Assembly (NCBI GenBank): GCA_963701295.1
Contig: OY969585.1
Location: 288,001-352,000 of the forward strand
Origin: Ignavibacteriota bacterium
GTDB lineage: Bacteria; Bacteroidota; Ignavibacteria; UBA10030
Direction of reading: 5' to 3'
DNA: 64,000 bases
A program made the translations under genes and the position numbers. Of this stretch, positions 28,949 through 39,093 are shown in pieces (the first letter of the stretch is position 1; every line of letters begins with the position of its first letter). The notes under the pieces were generated by a model. It made no database searches and was not told the origin of the DNA. It saw only the letters and a program-made list of their open reading frames with translations.

Positions 28949-30835
28949 ATGAACCCATTCGCAAAATTCGCATTGCCACCTCTTAGTGTAGCATTTTTGG
29001 CACCAGATACATCTCTGGCACAAGAACGCGATCGCAGTAAAATTGCCGACCAATATAAATGGAATCTTGCCGATATCTATCCATCCGATGCAGCATGGAA
29101 AGAAGCTAAACAGAAGCTAATCGAAGAACTGCCAGTGGTCAAAAAATATCAGGGCACACTCAGTTCATCCACACAGCAGTTATTGGGATGCCTCGATCTC
29201 GTTACAAATCTCAATAAAGAATTTACTCGGCTCTACACGTATGCGAGTTTGAGTTTGGACCAAGACACGCGCGTGCAATCATATCTGGGATTGCAGCAAG
29301 AGATGAGCCAGCTCGGTGCTACCTTTGGCGCGAAGACTGCATTCATCGAACCAGAGATTCTGAAGATCGATCAAGTACAAGTACAGGAATTCTTGAAGAG
29401 TGAAAAGAAGCTTGAAATTTATCGCCATTATTTGGATGACATACTTCGCCGCAAAGCTCACACAGGCACCGAGGGTGAAGAGAAAATTATCGCAGATGCC
29501 GGATTAATGTCGGATGCACCATCCAGCATTCACGACATTTTCACTAATGCAGATTTCCCCTATCCAGAAATAACACTGAGCGATGGGAAAACGGTGAAGT
29601 TAGATCAAGCCGGATTCAGCCTTCAACGCACTTCTACAATTCGAAAGGATAGAAAAGAGGTTTTCGCTGCGTTTATGGGTAAGCTGAATGATTACCGGCG
29701 AACATACGGTACAGAGTTGAATGCGCAAGTGAAGAAAGACCTCTTCTATAAGAATGCAAGGAAATACAATTCGTGTCTTGAAAGTGCACTCGATGGAAGT
29801 AATATTCCTACGCAGGTGTATCACAGTCTGGTAGATAACGTCAATAAGAACCTTGGCACCTTCCATCGCTATTTGAAACTGCGACAAAGAATTCTTGGTG
29901 TAGATCAATTGCATTATTATGACCTCTATGCACCTTTACTTGCCAACGTTGATTTGAAATACAACATTGAGGAATCACAGAAATATATCCTGGCTGCGCT
30001 TAAACCACTTGGTAATGATTATGTTGCTGTTATCAAGAGAGCATTCAACGAACGATGGCTTGACGTATATCCGACCGAAGGGAAACGCTCTGGCGCATAT
30101 TCTAACGGTTCGGCATACGACGTACATCCATACATCCTGCTCAATTACAATGGCAAGTATGATGACATGAGCACAATTGTGCACGAACTGGGACACACGA
30201 TGCACAGCTATCTGTCGAACACGCATCAGCCGTATGCGACTTCAGATTATCCTATATTTGTAGCGGAAGTTGCTTCCACATTTAACGAAGCGTTATTGAT
30301 TGATTACATGCTGAAGCAAATCAAAGACGACAATGTCAGACTCTCGCTACTTGGCAGTTATCTCGAGGGCATCAAGGGGACTGTCTTTAGACAAACGCAG
30401 TTCGCAGAATTTGAACTACGTATTCATGAAATGGCAGAAAAGGGCGAACCACTCACTGGCGATGTAATGAATAATGTTTATGACGAAATTGTTAAGAAGT
30501 ATTATGGGCACGACAAGAACGTATGCATTGTAGACGACGAGATCAAAGCAGAATGGATGTATATTCCGCATTTCTATTATAATTTTTACGTTTACCAATA
30601 CGCAACAGCATTTACCGCATCAGCGGCATTGTCCGAGCGAACATTAGCAGGTGACCACGATGCCACGAAGAAATATATCAAATTTCTTTCTTCCGGCGGA
30701 TCGGATTACCCCATCAACTTGCTGAAAACAGCTGGTGTTGACATGACAACCTCCGAGCCTTTTGAACTAACGATGAAGAGGATGAATCGCGTCATGGATG
30801 AGATGGAAAAGATTCTGAATACGATGAAGAAATAA
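28949..30835 (+). CDS. pepF: oligoendopeptidase F (M3B), with signal-like N-terminus
   Basis: YKWNLADIY, GKRSGAYS, HPYILLNY, HELGHTMHS, FVAEVAST, RQTQFAEFE, HFYYNFYVYQY. Confidence 0.93.
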   Translation: MNPFAKFALPPLSVAFLAPDTSLAQERDRSKIADQYKWNLADIYPSDAAWKEAKQKLIEELPVVKKYQGTLSSSTQQLLGCLDLVTNLNKEFTRLYTYASLSLDQDTRVQSYLGLQQEMSQLGATFGAKTAFIEPEILKIDQVQVQEFLKSEKKLEIYRHYLDDILRRKAHTGTEGEEKIIADAGLMSDAPSSIHDIFTNADFPYPEITLSDGKTVKLDQAGFSLQRTSTIRKDRKEVFAAFMGKLNDYRRTYGTELNAQVKKDLFYKNARKYNSCLESALDGSNIPTQVYHSLVDNVNKNLGTFHRYLKLRQRILGVDQLHYYDLYAPLLANVDLKYNIEESQKYILAALKPLGNDYVAVIKRAFNERWLDVYPTEGKRSGAYSNGSAYDVHPYILLNYNGKYDDMSTIVHELGHTMHSYLSNTHQPYATSDYPIFVAEVASTFNEALLIDYMLKQIKDDNVRLSLLGSYLEGIKGTVFRQTQFAEFELRIHEMAEKGEPLTGDVMNNVYDEIVKKYYGHDKNVCIVDDEIKAEWMYIPHFYYNFYVYQYATAFTASAALSERTLAGDHDATKKYIKFLSSGGSDYPINLLKTAGVDMTTSEPFELTMKRMNRVMDEMEKILNTMKK

Positions 30836-31156
30836 GTTGTCAACGAACAAATGGCGCAAAGAACGTGGAACAATCTTAATGCTTGTTTGCTATGGTGTCC
30901 TTTTGTTTTCAATGAACATTTTCCACAAAATACTAGTTACCAAAAAGCCTTTTTTAACTCAACGAGTCATAAAAACAAACTAATACATTCTTAAAAAATA
31001 TTGTTGATTTCCCAGAATGAGAGAATGATATTTATGCTGTGAGAAGTTAAAAAAGAAGAGAGGATGACGTCCGCTTAAGAGAAAGAACTGTGCATTTACA
31101 TAGATGCAGTACAAAACCGTTCTTAAAAACAATACCACTCATGAAGGAGAAATGAA

Positions 31157-31807
31157 TTGTTTATCAGTCATGTTGCCGTTGGATTTGGCACAAAGAAACT
31201 TGCCCCGGAAGTAAAACTGGGAACTCTCCTCCTCGCGTCGCAATGGCTCGACCTTATTTTCCCGATTTTCGTATTGCTGGGATTGGAGCATGTCAAACCT
31301 GATCCCGGTAATACAGCATTCACACCCTATAATTTCTATGATTATCCTTTTTCACATAGTTTGCTGACGACGATGGGGTGGGCAATCCTAATTGGCGGTT
31401 CGTACTTCCTCATCAGACGACAATGGAAGGGAACTCTTGTGCTTGCCTGTGGAGTTCTCAGCCATTGGTTGCTCGATTTCATCGCACATCGCCCCGATAT
31501 GCCGATTGCACCAGGTCTGAAGACATATGTCGGACTTGGATTGTGGAATTCGATTCCTGCTACAGTAGTGATCGAGACTTGTTTATTCACTCTTGGTATA
31601 GTTTTTTATCTCCTCACAACCTCCGCGCGTGATCGTCTAGGACATATAGCACTTTGGTCGTTCGTCGGTATTCATGTTTTTCTTTTCATCGGCAATATTT
31701 TAAGTCGATTGCCAGTGGAAGAGACTGCAATGGCAATCGGTGGTCTTACGCAATGGCTCATTATTCCTTGGGCATATTGGATCGATCGACATCGACAAAC
31801 TCGATAA
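31157..31807 (+). CDS. membrane-bound metal-dependent hydrolase-like protein
   Basis: MFISH, WLD, PFSHSL, SHWLLDFIAH, GLGLWN; TTG start with SD aaggag. Confidence 0.75.
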   Translation: MFISHVAVGFGTKKLAPEVKLGTLLLASQWLDLIFPIFVLLGLEHVKPDPGNTAFTPYNFYDYPFSHSLLTTMGWAILIGGSYFLIRRQWKGTLVLACGVLSHWLLDFIAHRPDMPIAPGLKTYVGLGLWNSIPATVVIETCLFTLGIVFYLLTTSARDRLGHIALWSFVGIHVFLFIGNILSRLPVEETAMAIGGLTQWLIIPWAYWIDRHRQTR

Positions 31808-31880
31808 ATCCATCCGATGATTCACTTGATAAATATCACGGAAGTCTTTAAAAATTTATCCATCCATAAGGAGAATTAAC

Positions 31881-32381
31881 ATGTATCATACAATTCAAGA
31901 TTTTATTAATGATTGGAAGAACGAGAACGAAACAACATTGAAAGTGTTCAAGAATCTCACTGATGCTTCTCTCAATCAGAAAACCGCACTGGACGGCCGC
32001 TCGCTCGGTTTCCTCGGATGGCACATTGTTATTTCACTTGGTGAAATGGGTGAAAAGGCCGGCTTAAAGGTGATCGCTCCGCCGGAACATTCCTCAGCTC
32101 CAATGAACGCTTCAGACATTTTTGCGGCGTACGAAAAAGCAGGAGCTTCCGTTGCATCCGAAGTGAAAGAAAAATGGAACGATGCAATGCTCCAAGAACT
32201 GATCGACATGTATGGCGAAAAATGGACGCGCGCTGCAACACTTGATTCACTTGTTAAACACCAGATCCACCATCGTGCACAAATGACTGTGCTTATGCGA
32301 CAAGCTGGATTGAAAGTTCCCGGAGTCTACGGGCCATCTCGCGAAGAATGGTCGCAATTTGGAATGCCCGCTCCTCAATAA
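31881..32381 (+). CDS. DinB-family protein
   Basis: RSLGFLGWHI, HQIHHRAQMTVLMRQAG..VPGVYGP. Confidence 0.88.
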   Translation: MYHTIQDFINDWKNENETTLKVFKNLTDASLNQKTALDGRSLGFLGWHIVISLGEMGEKAGLKVIAPPEHSSAPMNASDIFAAYEKAGASVASEVKEKWNDAMLQELIDMYGEKWTRAATLDSLVKHQIHHRAQMTVLMRQAGLKVPGVYGPSREEWSQFGMPAPQ

Positions 32382-32500
32382 AATATTTAAAGAACTTGTT
32401 CCTCTCACTTACATTTTTAGTACTATAGGTGCATCTTCATTTCCAATAGAGCACAATGATTTTACATTTTGCTAAATCATTACAACTTAAAGGAACCACT

Positions 32501-32953
32501 ATGATAAAAAGAATACTCTTTTTCAGTACACTTATAGTTCTTCTTGCACATATAAGCCTTGCACAAAGCCATGGACTTGGTCTTGGACTGATGATCGGCG
32601 AACCAACCGGTATTAGCTGCAAAGGTTGGGTTACCAACTCAGGTGCCATTCAATTAGATATCGGATACTCATCGCTCTCATCGACACAAGGAACTGCACT
32701 GAGTGCAGAGTATGTTTGGCATTCACACGTATTTCGATCGCATGAATATTTTCCGTTATTCTATGGACTCGGCGGCATTTTTGGAGTCAGCAGCGGTACG
32801 AATATTATGGGAGCACGCGGTATTTTAGGGATAGCTTGGTGGCCGCACAGATCCTCTCTCGATGTATTTTTTCAGCTCGTGCCGACGTATTACTTTAAAC
32901 CGGCCTCACAATTTGAATTTGATTTCGGATTTGGCGTACGATATTTCTTCTAA
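32501..32953 (+). CDS. small outer-membrane beta-barrel protein
   Basis: signal peptide; GLGLMIGEPTGIS; terminal GVRYFF. Confidence 0.65.
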   Translation: MIKRILFFSTLIVLLAHISLAQSHGLGLGLMIGEPTGISCKGWVTNSGAIQLDIGYSSLSSTQGTALSAEYVWHSHVFRSHEYFPLFYGLGGIFGVSSGTNIMGARGILGIAWWPHRSSLDVFFQLVPTYYFKPASQFEFDFGFGVRYFF

Positions 32954-32960
32954 CAATTCT

Positions 32961-32998
32961 GAGACCTCACAGATTACTATGACCTGTGAGGTCTTTTA
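32961..32998 (+). terminator. intrinsic terminator / REP-like hairpin
   Basis: agacctcacag...ctgtgaggtct followed by ttt. Confidence 0.65.
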
Positions 32999-33002
32999 CA
33001 CG

Positions 33003-33034
33003 CCACTCGCCGATTTCATCTCACCATTCGCCGA
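33003..33034 (+). promoter_or_regulatory. candidate LytTR operator
   Basis: direct repeat ccaYtcgccga at 33003 and 33024 (21-bp period) upstream of an operon ending in a LytTR regulator. Confidence 0.65.
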
Positions 33035-33103
33035 AATCGCTGTAACTTTCATAAGATTCTCGTGTATCATTGCATAGAACATATTTACATAAGGAGAATT
33101 ATT

Positions 33104-33475
33104 ATGGAACATGATAAACGACATTCCTATGGCCATCTTGGTGTCGGACTTTTCTTATTAATCGCAGGTATTGCATTGATGCTGGATAAGTTCGATATTT
33201 TTAATGCCGGACCAGTTTGGCATTACTGGCCAATAATTATTATTGCCATCGGATTGGGGAAGTTGCTGGATGCACAGTTTACGTGGGAATATCGAAAAGC
33301 TTGTTCAACGCTTTTTATTGGAGCTTGGTTATTCATAGCAGAATTACATATATTCGGGTTAGATTATCATAACTCATGGCCGATTCTGCTCATCGGTGTT
33401 GGAATAGGCATGTTGTGGAAATCTGCCTGCCCTTCACATTTTAGATTTGCAAAGGATCACTGCAATGGAAACTAG
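33104..33475 (+). CDS. LiaF/LiaI-like TM (DUF5668-type) protein
   Basis: SD aaggag; WHYWPIIIIAIG and SWPILLIGVG repeats. Confidence 0.75.
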   Translation: MEHDKRHSYGHLGVGLFLLIAGIALMLDKFDIFNAGPVWHYWPIIIIAIGLGKLLDAQFTWEYRKACSTLFIGAWLFIAELHIFGLDYHNSWPILLIGVGIGMLWKSACPSHFRFAKDHCNGN

Positions 33476-34208
33476 GCATAATTCTTTTTTCGCGCCTCGA
33501 TTAATACTGGGATTGGGAATCATTATCATCGGTGTTCTCTTCCTCCTGGGAAATATGGACATTATAGACCCGCATGAGTATCTACGTTTATGGCCTGCAA
33601 TTCTTATCGTTATCGGAATTGCTTACCTCATTCAATGTCAACACGGTTCCGGACGAGTGTGGGGAATCATCCTCACGTTTGTCGGCACCGCTATGCTCCT
33701 AGACCGCCTTTACTTTATTCATTTTAGTTTATGGGATTACTGGCCGCTGATTCTTATCTTTATCGGAATTATGATGATCGTTAAGAGTCTGTTTTCCCCC
33801 AGAGGGATAACTCCTCCGTTTGGTGAGAATTCGTTCCTCCGGAAAGGGATAACTCCTCCATTCGCTGAGAGCAGCGGCGCAAACAACTACATCAAAGGCA
33901 TTGCCATCTTGAGCGGTTTTAAACGTATTAATAATTCGAAAAATTTTAAAGGCGCAGAATTGACTGCAATTATGGGCGGACTTGAAATCGATTTGCGGGA
34001 TGCATCTATAGAGGGAGAGGCTGTTATCGACATTTTCGCGCTCATGGGTGGTGTGGAATTACGTATACCGGAAGACTGGCTTGTTATTATTGAAGGATTT
34101 CCATTCATGGGCGGATTCGAAGATAAGACACGTCCTCCAAAGGAAAGCACGAAACATCTCGTCATTAAAGGGACAGCAGTAATGGGCGGCGTCGAAATAA
34201 AGAACTAA
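33465..34208 (+). CDS. LiaF-like protein (TM domain + DUF2154-like C-terminus)
   Basis: LWPAILIVIG, YWPLILIFIG, AIMGGLEIDLR, LMGGVELRIP, MGGVEIKN. Confidence 0.8.
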   Translation: METRHNSFFAPRLILGLGIIIIGVLFLLGNMDIIDPHEYLRLWPAILIVIGIAYLIQCQHGSGRVWGIILTFVGTAMLLDRLYFIHFSLWDYWPLILIFIGIMMIVKSLFSPRGITPPFGENSFLRKGITPPFAESSGANNYIKGIAILSGFKRINNSKNFKGAELTAIMGGLEIDLRDASIEGEAVIDIFALMGGVELRIPEDWLVIIEGFPFMGGFEDKTRPPKESTKHLVIKGTAVMGGVEIKN

Positions 34209-34210
34209 CC

Positions 34211-35275
34211 GTGCATCCTATTCTTTCAAATAGAAGAACGCTTTCTCTCTATCTCGCTATCTGGTTGTTCGTCGGTTTACTCATTGAAATTCCATTTGTT
34301 TATTCTTATAGAAATCAATGGGGAGCGTTCCTGTTATCCGACATACCGCTGAATATTTTCTATGCCTTCATTTGCCTCTCTTCTTATTACTTATGTCGAA
34401 TTTTTCCCATTAGAACTACACAATGGTATAACCTTCTTTCGATGTTTCTCGTTGCTGCTTGTATTGCTGCCGGTATTGAACTACTTGCGGGGTACGGTTG
34501 GGTAAAGGTAATAGATTCATTACAAATTGCACTTTCCATAGCGCCTCTGTATGAGACATGGATCGCAGGGATATACAGTTTGCTTGCCTTAATCTTTCTT
34601 CTTATCGCATCAATGCATTACGTCATCATCGGATTCGAACGTTCCAATGAATCTGAGCGACAAACCTTTGAACTGAAACTGCTGGCACAAGACGCAGAGT
34701 TGCGGGCATTACGAGCACAAATTGATCCGCATTTTCTTTTTAACAGTCTTAACTCCATCAGTGCGTTAACAACAAGCGATCCGACAAAGGCACGTACCAT
34801 GGTTATTCTGCTGGCTGAATTTTTCAGGAACAGCTTGGATTTGGGAACGAAGAACCGGATTTCATTAACCGAAGAATTATCTCTGATCGACAAATTTCTG
34901 ACAATTGAACAAGTACGGTTTGGGTCACGATTACAAGTACAACAAGACATCGAACAGAAAACGTTGGAATGCAAGATTCCGCCACTCATTTTACAGCCGT
35001 TGATTGAAAATGCAGTGCGCCACGGTATCTCGCAGCTCCTCGAAGGCGGTACCATTACTCTTCGGACACAATTACATAATGACAGATTGAACATTACTGT
35101 TGCGAACCCTTTTGACCAGGACTATATACCGAAAAAGGGAACTGGACTCGGCGTTAAGAATGTTCGCTCCCGCATCCAGACACTGTACGGAAACGAAGGA
35201 AGAATAGATATTGAAAAAAAAGACAATATATTTACAGTTGAATTTTCTTTTCCTGTACAAAATTCTGACACATAG
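34211..35275 (+). CDS. LytS-family sensor histidine kinase
   Basis: LRAQIDPHFLFNSLNSI, LQPLIENAVRHG, GTGLGVKNV. Confidence 0.92.
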   Translation: MHPILSNRRTLSLYLAIWLFVGLLIEIPFVYSYRNQWGAFLLSDIPLNIFYAFICLSSYYLCRIFPIRTTQWYNLLSMFLVAACIAAGIELLAGYGWVKVIDSLQIALSIAPLYETWIAGIYSLLALIFLLIASMHYVIIGFERSNESERQTFELKLLAQDAELRALRAQIDPHFLFNSLNSISALTTSDPTKARTMVILLAEFFRNSLDLGTKNRISLTEELSLIDKFLTIEQVRFGSRLQVQQDIEQKTLECKIPPLILQPLIENAVRHGISQLLEGGTITLRTQLHNDRLNITVANPFDQDYIPKKGTGLGVKNVRSRIQTLYGNEGRIDIEKKDNIFTVEFSFPVQNSDT

Positions 35276-35281
35276 GACCGG

Positions 35282-36040
35282 ATGATACCCATGACTTCCC
35301 AATCTGTTATTCAAACTATTATCGTTGATGATGAAGAACCGGCGCGTGTTCTTCTACGTGAATATCTCACGAAGCGTGATGATATAAACATTGCTGCGGA
35401 ATGTTCCAACGGATTTGAAGCAGTGAAAGCTCTCACGGAGTTAAAACCCGATCTAGCCATTCTGGATATCCAGATGCCCAAGCTGAATGGTTTTGAAGTG
35501 CTAGAACTTGCCGAAAATCCGCCCGCAGTTATTTTTGCCACTGCCTACGATCAATATGCCGTCAAAGCATTTGAACTACATGCCGTCGATTATTTGCTGA
35601 AACCGTTCAGTAAGGAACGGTTAGACGAAGCACTTGACCATGTAGCGAAACGACTGAAGACAAAAAAAACATTACCCATCGAAGCTCTTGCTGCTGCCGC
35701 AGGAATGAAACCGGCAATTCTCGAGCGTGTGCTTGTGAAGGATGGATCAAAAGTGCATGTTATTCCTGCAGATAAAATAGACTATATTGAGGCAGAAGAT
35801 GATTATGTGGCAATTAAAGCGGAGGGAAAGTCCCATCTAAAGCAGCAGCGAATGGCAGAATTAGAGAAGATGTTAGATCCGGCAAAATTTGTTCGCGTCC
35901 ACCGTTCTTCCATTATCAATCTCGAACGCATTGCCCGCATTGAGCTTTATGCAAAAGACAGCCGCATGGCAATACTCAAGGACGGAACAAAACTCCTCAT
36001 CAGCCGTGCCGGATATGATAAATTAAAAAAACTATTATGA
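35282..36040 (+). CDS. LytTR response regulator
   Basis: VDDEEPAR, LDIQMP, ATAYDQYA, FVRVHRSSIIN. Confidence 0.93.
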   Translation: MIPMTSQSVIQTIIVDDEEPARVLLREYLTKRDDINIAAECSNGFEAVKALTELKPDLAILDIQMPKLNGFEVLELAENPPAVIFATAYDQYAVKAFELHAVDYLLKPFSKERLDEALDHVAKRLKTKKTLPIEALAAAAGMKPAILERVLVKDGSKVHVIPADKIDYIEAEDDYVAIKAEGKSHLKQQRMAELEKMLDPAKFVRVHRSSIINLERIARIELYAKDSRMAILKDGTKLLISRAGYDKLKKLL

Positions 36041-36084
36041 GACTACAGACTTGTGATTGAACGCTTTACGTAAAGCCTGTACAG

Positions 36085-36519
36085 CTATGATATTTTTTCC
36101 ACAATCTTCACTGCTTCCTGCACACAGCGTTCGCAGACCTTTTGTGTCAGGTTATTTTCTGCAGCATACTTCTTTCCTTCCTCCGTGTTCAAATCGCACT
36201 GAAGCAGTTCTCTGCAAGACGTTGTTGAAAATATTTTTCTAAATTCTGCATCAAAAGTCTTTACCAGACTGTATGTCTTCTCTTTTTTTTCGTCTCCCTT
36301 GTCACCGAGAGACTTGCCATGCTTTACACCGATTGCCATGTAAGCGCCTGTTACGGCTCCGCACGTCGCTTGCAGTCTTCCCATTCCTCCTCCAAAACCG
36401 CCTGCAATTTTTAAAGCGTGCGATTCCAAAATACCGTTTTCTTTTGCGAACGGTGTAAAGACTGCTTGCGCACAATTAAAACCATTTTTAAAGTAATCCA
36501 AAGATTCTTTTTCTTTCAT
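36085..36519 (-). CDS. C-GCAxxG-C-C family protein
   Basis: FNCAQAV, GFGGGMG, TCGAVTG, SCRELL, CERCV. Confidence 0.88.
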   Translation of the reverse strand: MKEKESLDYFKNGFNCAQAVFTPFAKENGILESHALKIAGGFGGGMGRLQATCGAVTGAYMAIGVKHGKSLGDKGDEKKEKTYSLVKTFDAEFRKIFSTTSCRELLQCDLNTEEGKKYAAENNLTQKVCERCVQEAVKIVEKIS

Positions 36520-36672
36520 ACGATCTCCTTGAGCTTTATGGATAAAATGTTTGACATATACTAAATACTTTATTATTTAAACAATTTCAAGGACTTGCAC
36601 TTCGTATAGTTTTTAGACAGATTTCTTCATTCGGAATTAAGATTCGTCACTGATAATCATAAGGAACCCATC

Positions 36673-37150
36673 ATGCTCAGTTCTCTCTTACGCTTTACCT
36701 CCGGTGTTCTCTTGTTGAGTGCAGCAACATTTGCGCAGAACACTCCGGATGAGGCATCGCTTCTCATGCAACTCGACCGCGATTTCGATAAAGCCACGAC
36801 CGAGAAGGGTGTTGATGGCTGGGTCGCTTACTTTGCACCTAACGGTTCAATGCTTGGTGACACAAGCAAACCAATTACAGGTGCAGACGAAATTCGTAAA
36901 GCAATGGAACCTGCTTTTAGAGATTCAAGTTTCTCACTCCGTTGGCATCCTGTGAAAGCTGAGATGTTGATTCCAGGTGTTCTTGGATACACCATTGGTA
37001 GATGGGAGAGTCTTTGGAAAAACAAAGAAGGCAAAATAATGAAATCCACCGGCAGTTATACTTCTCTCTGGAAGAAACAACCTGATGGTTCATGGAAAAT
37101 TGTTACTTGATACCGGAAATTCGGATGGCGAGCCGGTGGAGATAAAATAA
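36673..37150 (+). CDS. secreted NTF2-like/DUF4440 protein; +1 indel near the C-terminus
   Basis: signal peptide; LRWHP, LGYT.G, GSYTSLWKKQPDGSWKI; deleting one t at 37103-4 gives the expected ...WKIVLDTGNSDGEPVEIK*. Confidence 0.75.
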
Positions 37151-37178
37151 TTTCAGAATAATACAACGAGACTTAATA

Positions 37179-38633
37179 ATGAGCAATGAGATAAGTATTG
37201 GAATGGACCCTGAAGAATTTCGAAAGCACGGCAAAGAAGTGGTCGATTGGATTGCGGACTATCTCAAGAATGCCGAGAAGTATCCTGTGTTCTCGCGTGT
37301 CAAACCTGGTGAAATTAAAAGTCAACTACCGGCGAGGCCACCAGCAACTTCTGAAAAAATGGAACTGATACTAACCGATTTCCATCGCATTATTCTTCCT
37401 GGCATTACCCATTGGAATCATCCCAGTTTCTTTGCGTATTTTGCTAACAGCGCTTCTGCACCAGGAATTCTCGGAGAGATGTTAGCCACTACGCTGAATG
37501 TGAATGGAATGTTATGGCGAACTTCTCCCTCTGCTACAGAATTGGAAGAAGTTGTGACCGACTGGCTGAGGCAAATGCTCGGACTACCATCGGAATTCCA
37601 GGGCGTCATCATCGATACTGCCTCTGTGTCCACACTCGTTGCATTAACAGCGGCGCGCGAAGTTATGCACAAGCGGATACGCGAAGAAGGACTATCTGGC
37701 CGAACCGACTTGCCGCGCCTACGTTTGTACTGTTCCGATCATACGCATTCGTCAATTGAGAAAGCTGCCATTATCCTTGGCGTGGGTCAGGAAGGAGTAC
37801 GGAAAATTCCTACTGATGCCGAGTTCAGAATGAAACCTGATCTACTCGCTGCCGCAATCACAGAAGACAAGAAGAACGGATGGCTTCCTTTTGCGGTGGT
37901 AGCAACGGTGGGAACAACCTCAACCACAAGCATCGATCCGGTGCCGGCAATTGCCGACATCTGCCAAAGGGAAAAATTGTGGCTACACGTCGATGGAGCA
38001 TACGGCGGCATGGCAGCTATCGTTCCAGAAATGCGCTCGGTGCTTGATGGCTGCAACCGAGCCGATTCATTCGTTACGAATCCGCATAAGTGGCTTTTCA
38101 CACCAATGGATTGCAGTGTACTCTTCGCGCGTCGCGTTGATACGCTGAAACAAGCATTCAGTCTTGTACCAGAATATCTCAAAACTACCGATGGCAAAGT
38201 GAATAATTATATGGATTGGGGTGTGCAACTTGGCCGCCGATTCCGCGCATTGAAACTCTGGTTCATTATCCGCTCATTTGGTGTAGAAGGAATCATCAGT
38301 CGATTGCGTGAACATTGCCGACTTGCCCGCGAGCTTGCATCATGGATCGACGCTAATAATGATTTTGAGCGACTTGCACCGGTTCCATTGAGCGTCGTCT
38401 GCTTTCGTTATCATCCGAAAGAAATTTTAAATGAATTAAAGCTAGAGCAACTCAATACGCTGATTATTGAGCGCATGAATGCTACTGGTGAAGTGTTTTT
38501 ATCTCATACTAAATTAAACGGAAAATATACGATCCGTTGTGCAATTGGGAATCTGGCCACAACAGAGAAGCATGTTGTACATATGTGGAAATTATTAAAA
38601 GAAAAAGTTCAACAAATACATAAAGGAGATTGA
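37179..38633 (+). CDS. PLP-dependent group II (aromatic L-amino acid-type) decarboxylase
   Basis: THWNHPSFFAYF, SPSATELE, HSSIEKA, GTTST, HVDGAYGG, NPHKW, LGRRFRALKLW. Confidence 0.9.
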   Translation: MSNEISIGMDPEEFRKHGKEVVDWIADYLKNAEKYPVFSRVKPGEIKSQLPARPPATSEKMELILTDFHRIILPGITHWNHPSFFAYFANSASAPGILGEMLATTLNVNGMLWRTSPSATELEEVVTDWLRQMLGLPSEFQGVIIDTASVSTLVALTAAREVMHKRIREEGLSGRTDLPRLRLYCSDHTHSSIEKAAIILGVGQEGVRKIPTDAEFRMKPDLLAAAITEDKKNGWLPFAVVATVGTTSTTSIDPVPAIADICQREKLWLHVDGAYGGMAAIVPEMRSVLDGCNRADSFVTNPHKWLFTPMDCSVLFARRVDTLKQAFSLVPEYLKTTDGKVNNYMDWGVQLGRRFRALKLWFIIRSFGVEGIISRLREHCRLARELASWIDANNDFERLAPVPLSVVCFRYHPKEILNELKLEQLNTLIIERMNATGEVFLSHTKLNGKYTIRCAIGNLATTEKHVVHMWKLLKEKVQQIHKGD

Positions 38634-38637
38634 CACA

Positions 38638-38940
38638 ATGATCAAACATATTGTTCTCTGGAAACTAAAAGACTTTGCCGAAGGGGCTACGAAACAGCAA
38701 AACGCATTAAGGATCAAAGCGTTGTTAGAAGAAATGCAGGGGAAAATTCCCGGTATGCTTAAACTGGAGGTTGGGCTCAATTCTGAAAAAAGCGGCGATG
38801 CTGCAGATATCTCCCTGTACACGGAATTCGAATCACGTGAGGCATTAGATGCGTACCAAATACATCCCGCTCACATGCCTGTAAAAAAATTCATTCCGCT
38901 TGTTCGCACGGAACGCCGTGTAGCAGACTATGAAGTATAA
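38638..38940 (+). CDS. Dabb family protein
   Basis: MIKHIVLWKLK, FESREALDAYQIHPAH, ADYE. Confidence 0.88.
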   Translation: MIKHIVLWKLKDFAEGATKQQNALRIKALLEEMQGKIPGMLKLEVGLNSEKSGDAADISLYTEFESREALDAYQIHPAHMPVKKFIPLVRTERRVADYEV

Positions 38941-39093
38941 GGAAAATGCAAATTTTCAATGCCCTGTGAGGGCTTACTCTTCATCAATCCTCTGCTTAGA
39001 TTTGTTCCCAAAAGGAACCTCGCGAAAGCGATCGAGAGTGTAGTTCCATGATTTTCGGATTGCTCTATTTCACCACTATTGACAGGAGTCTCT

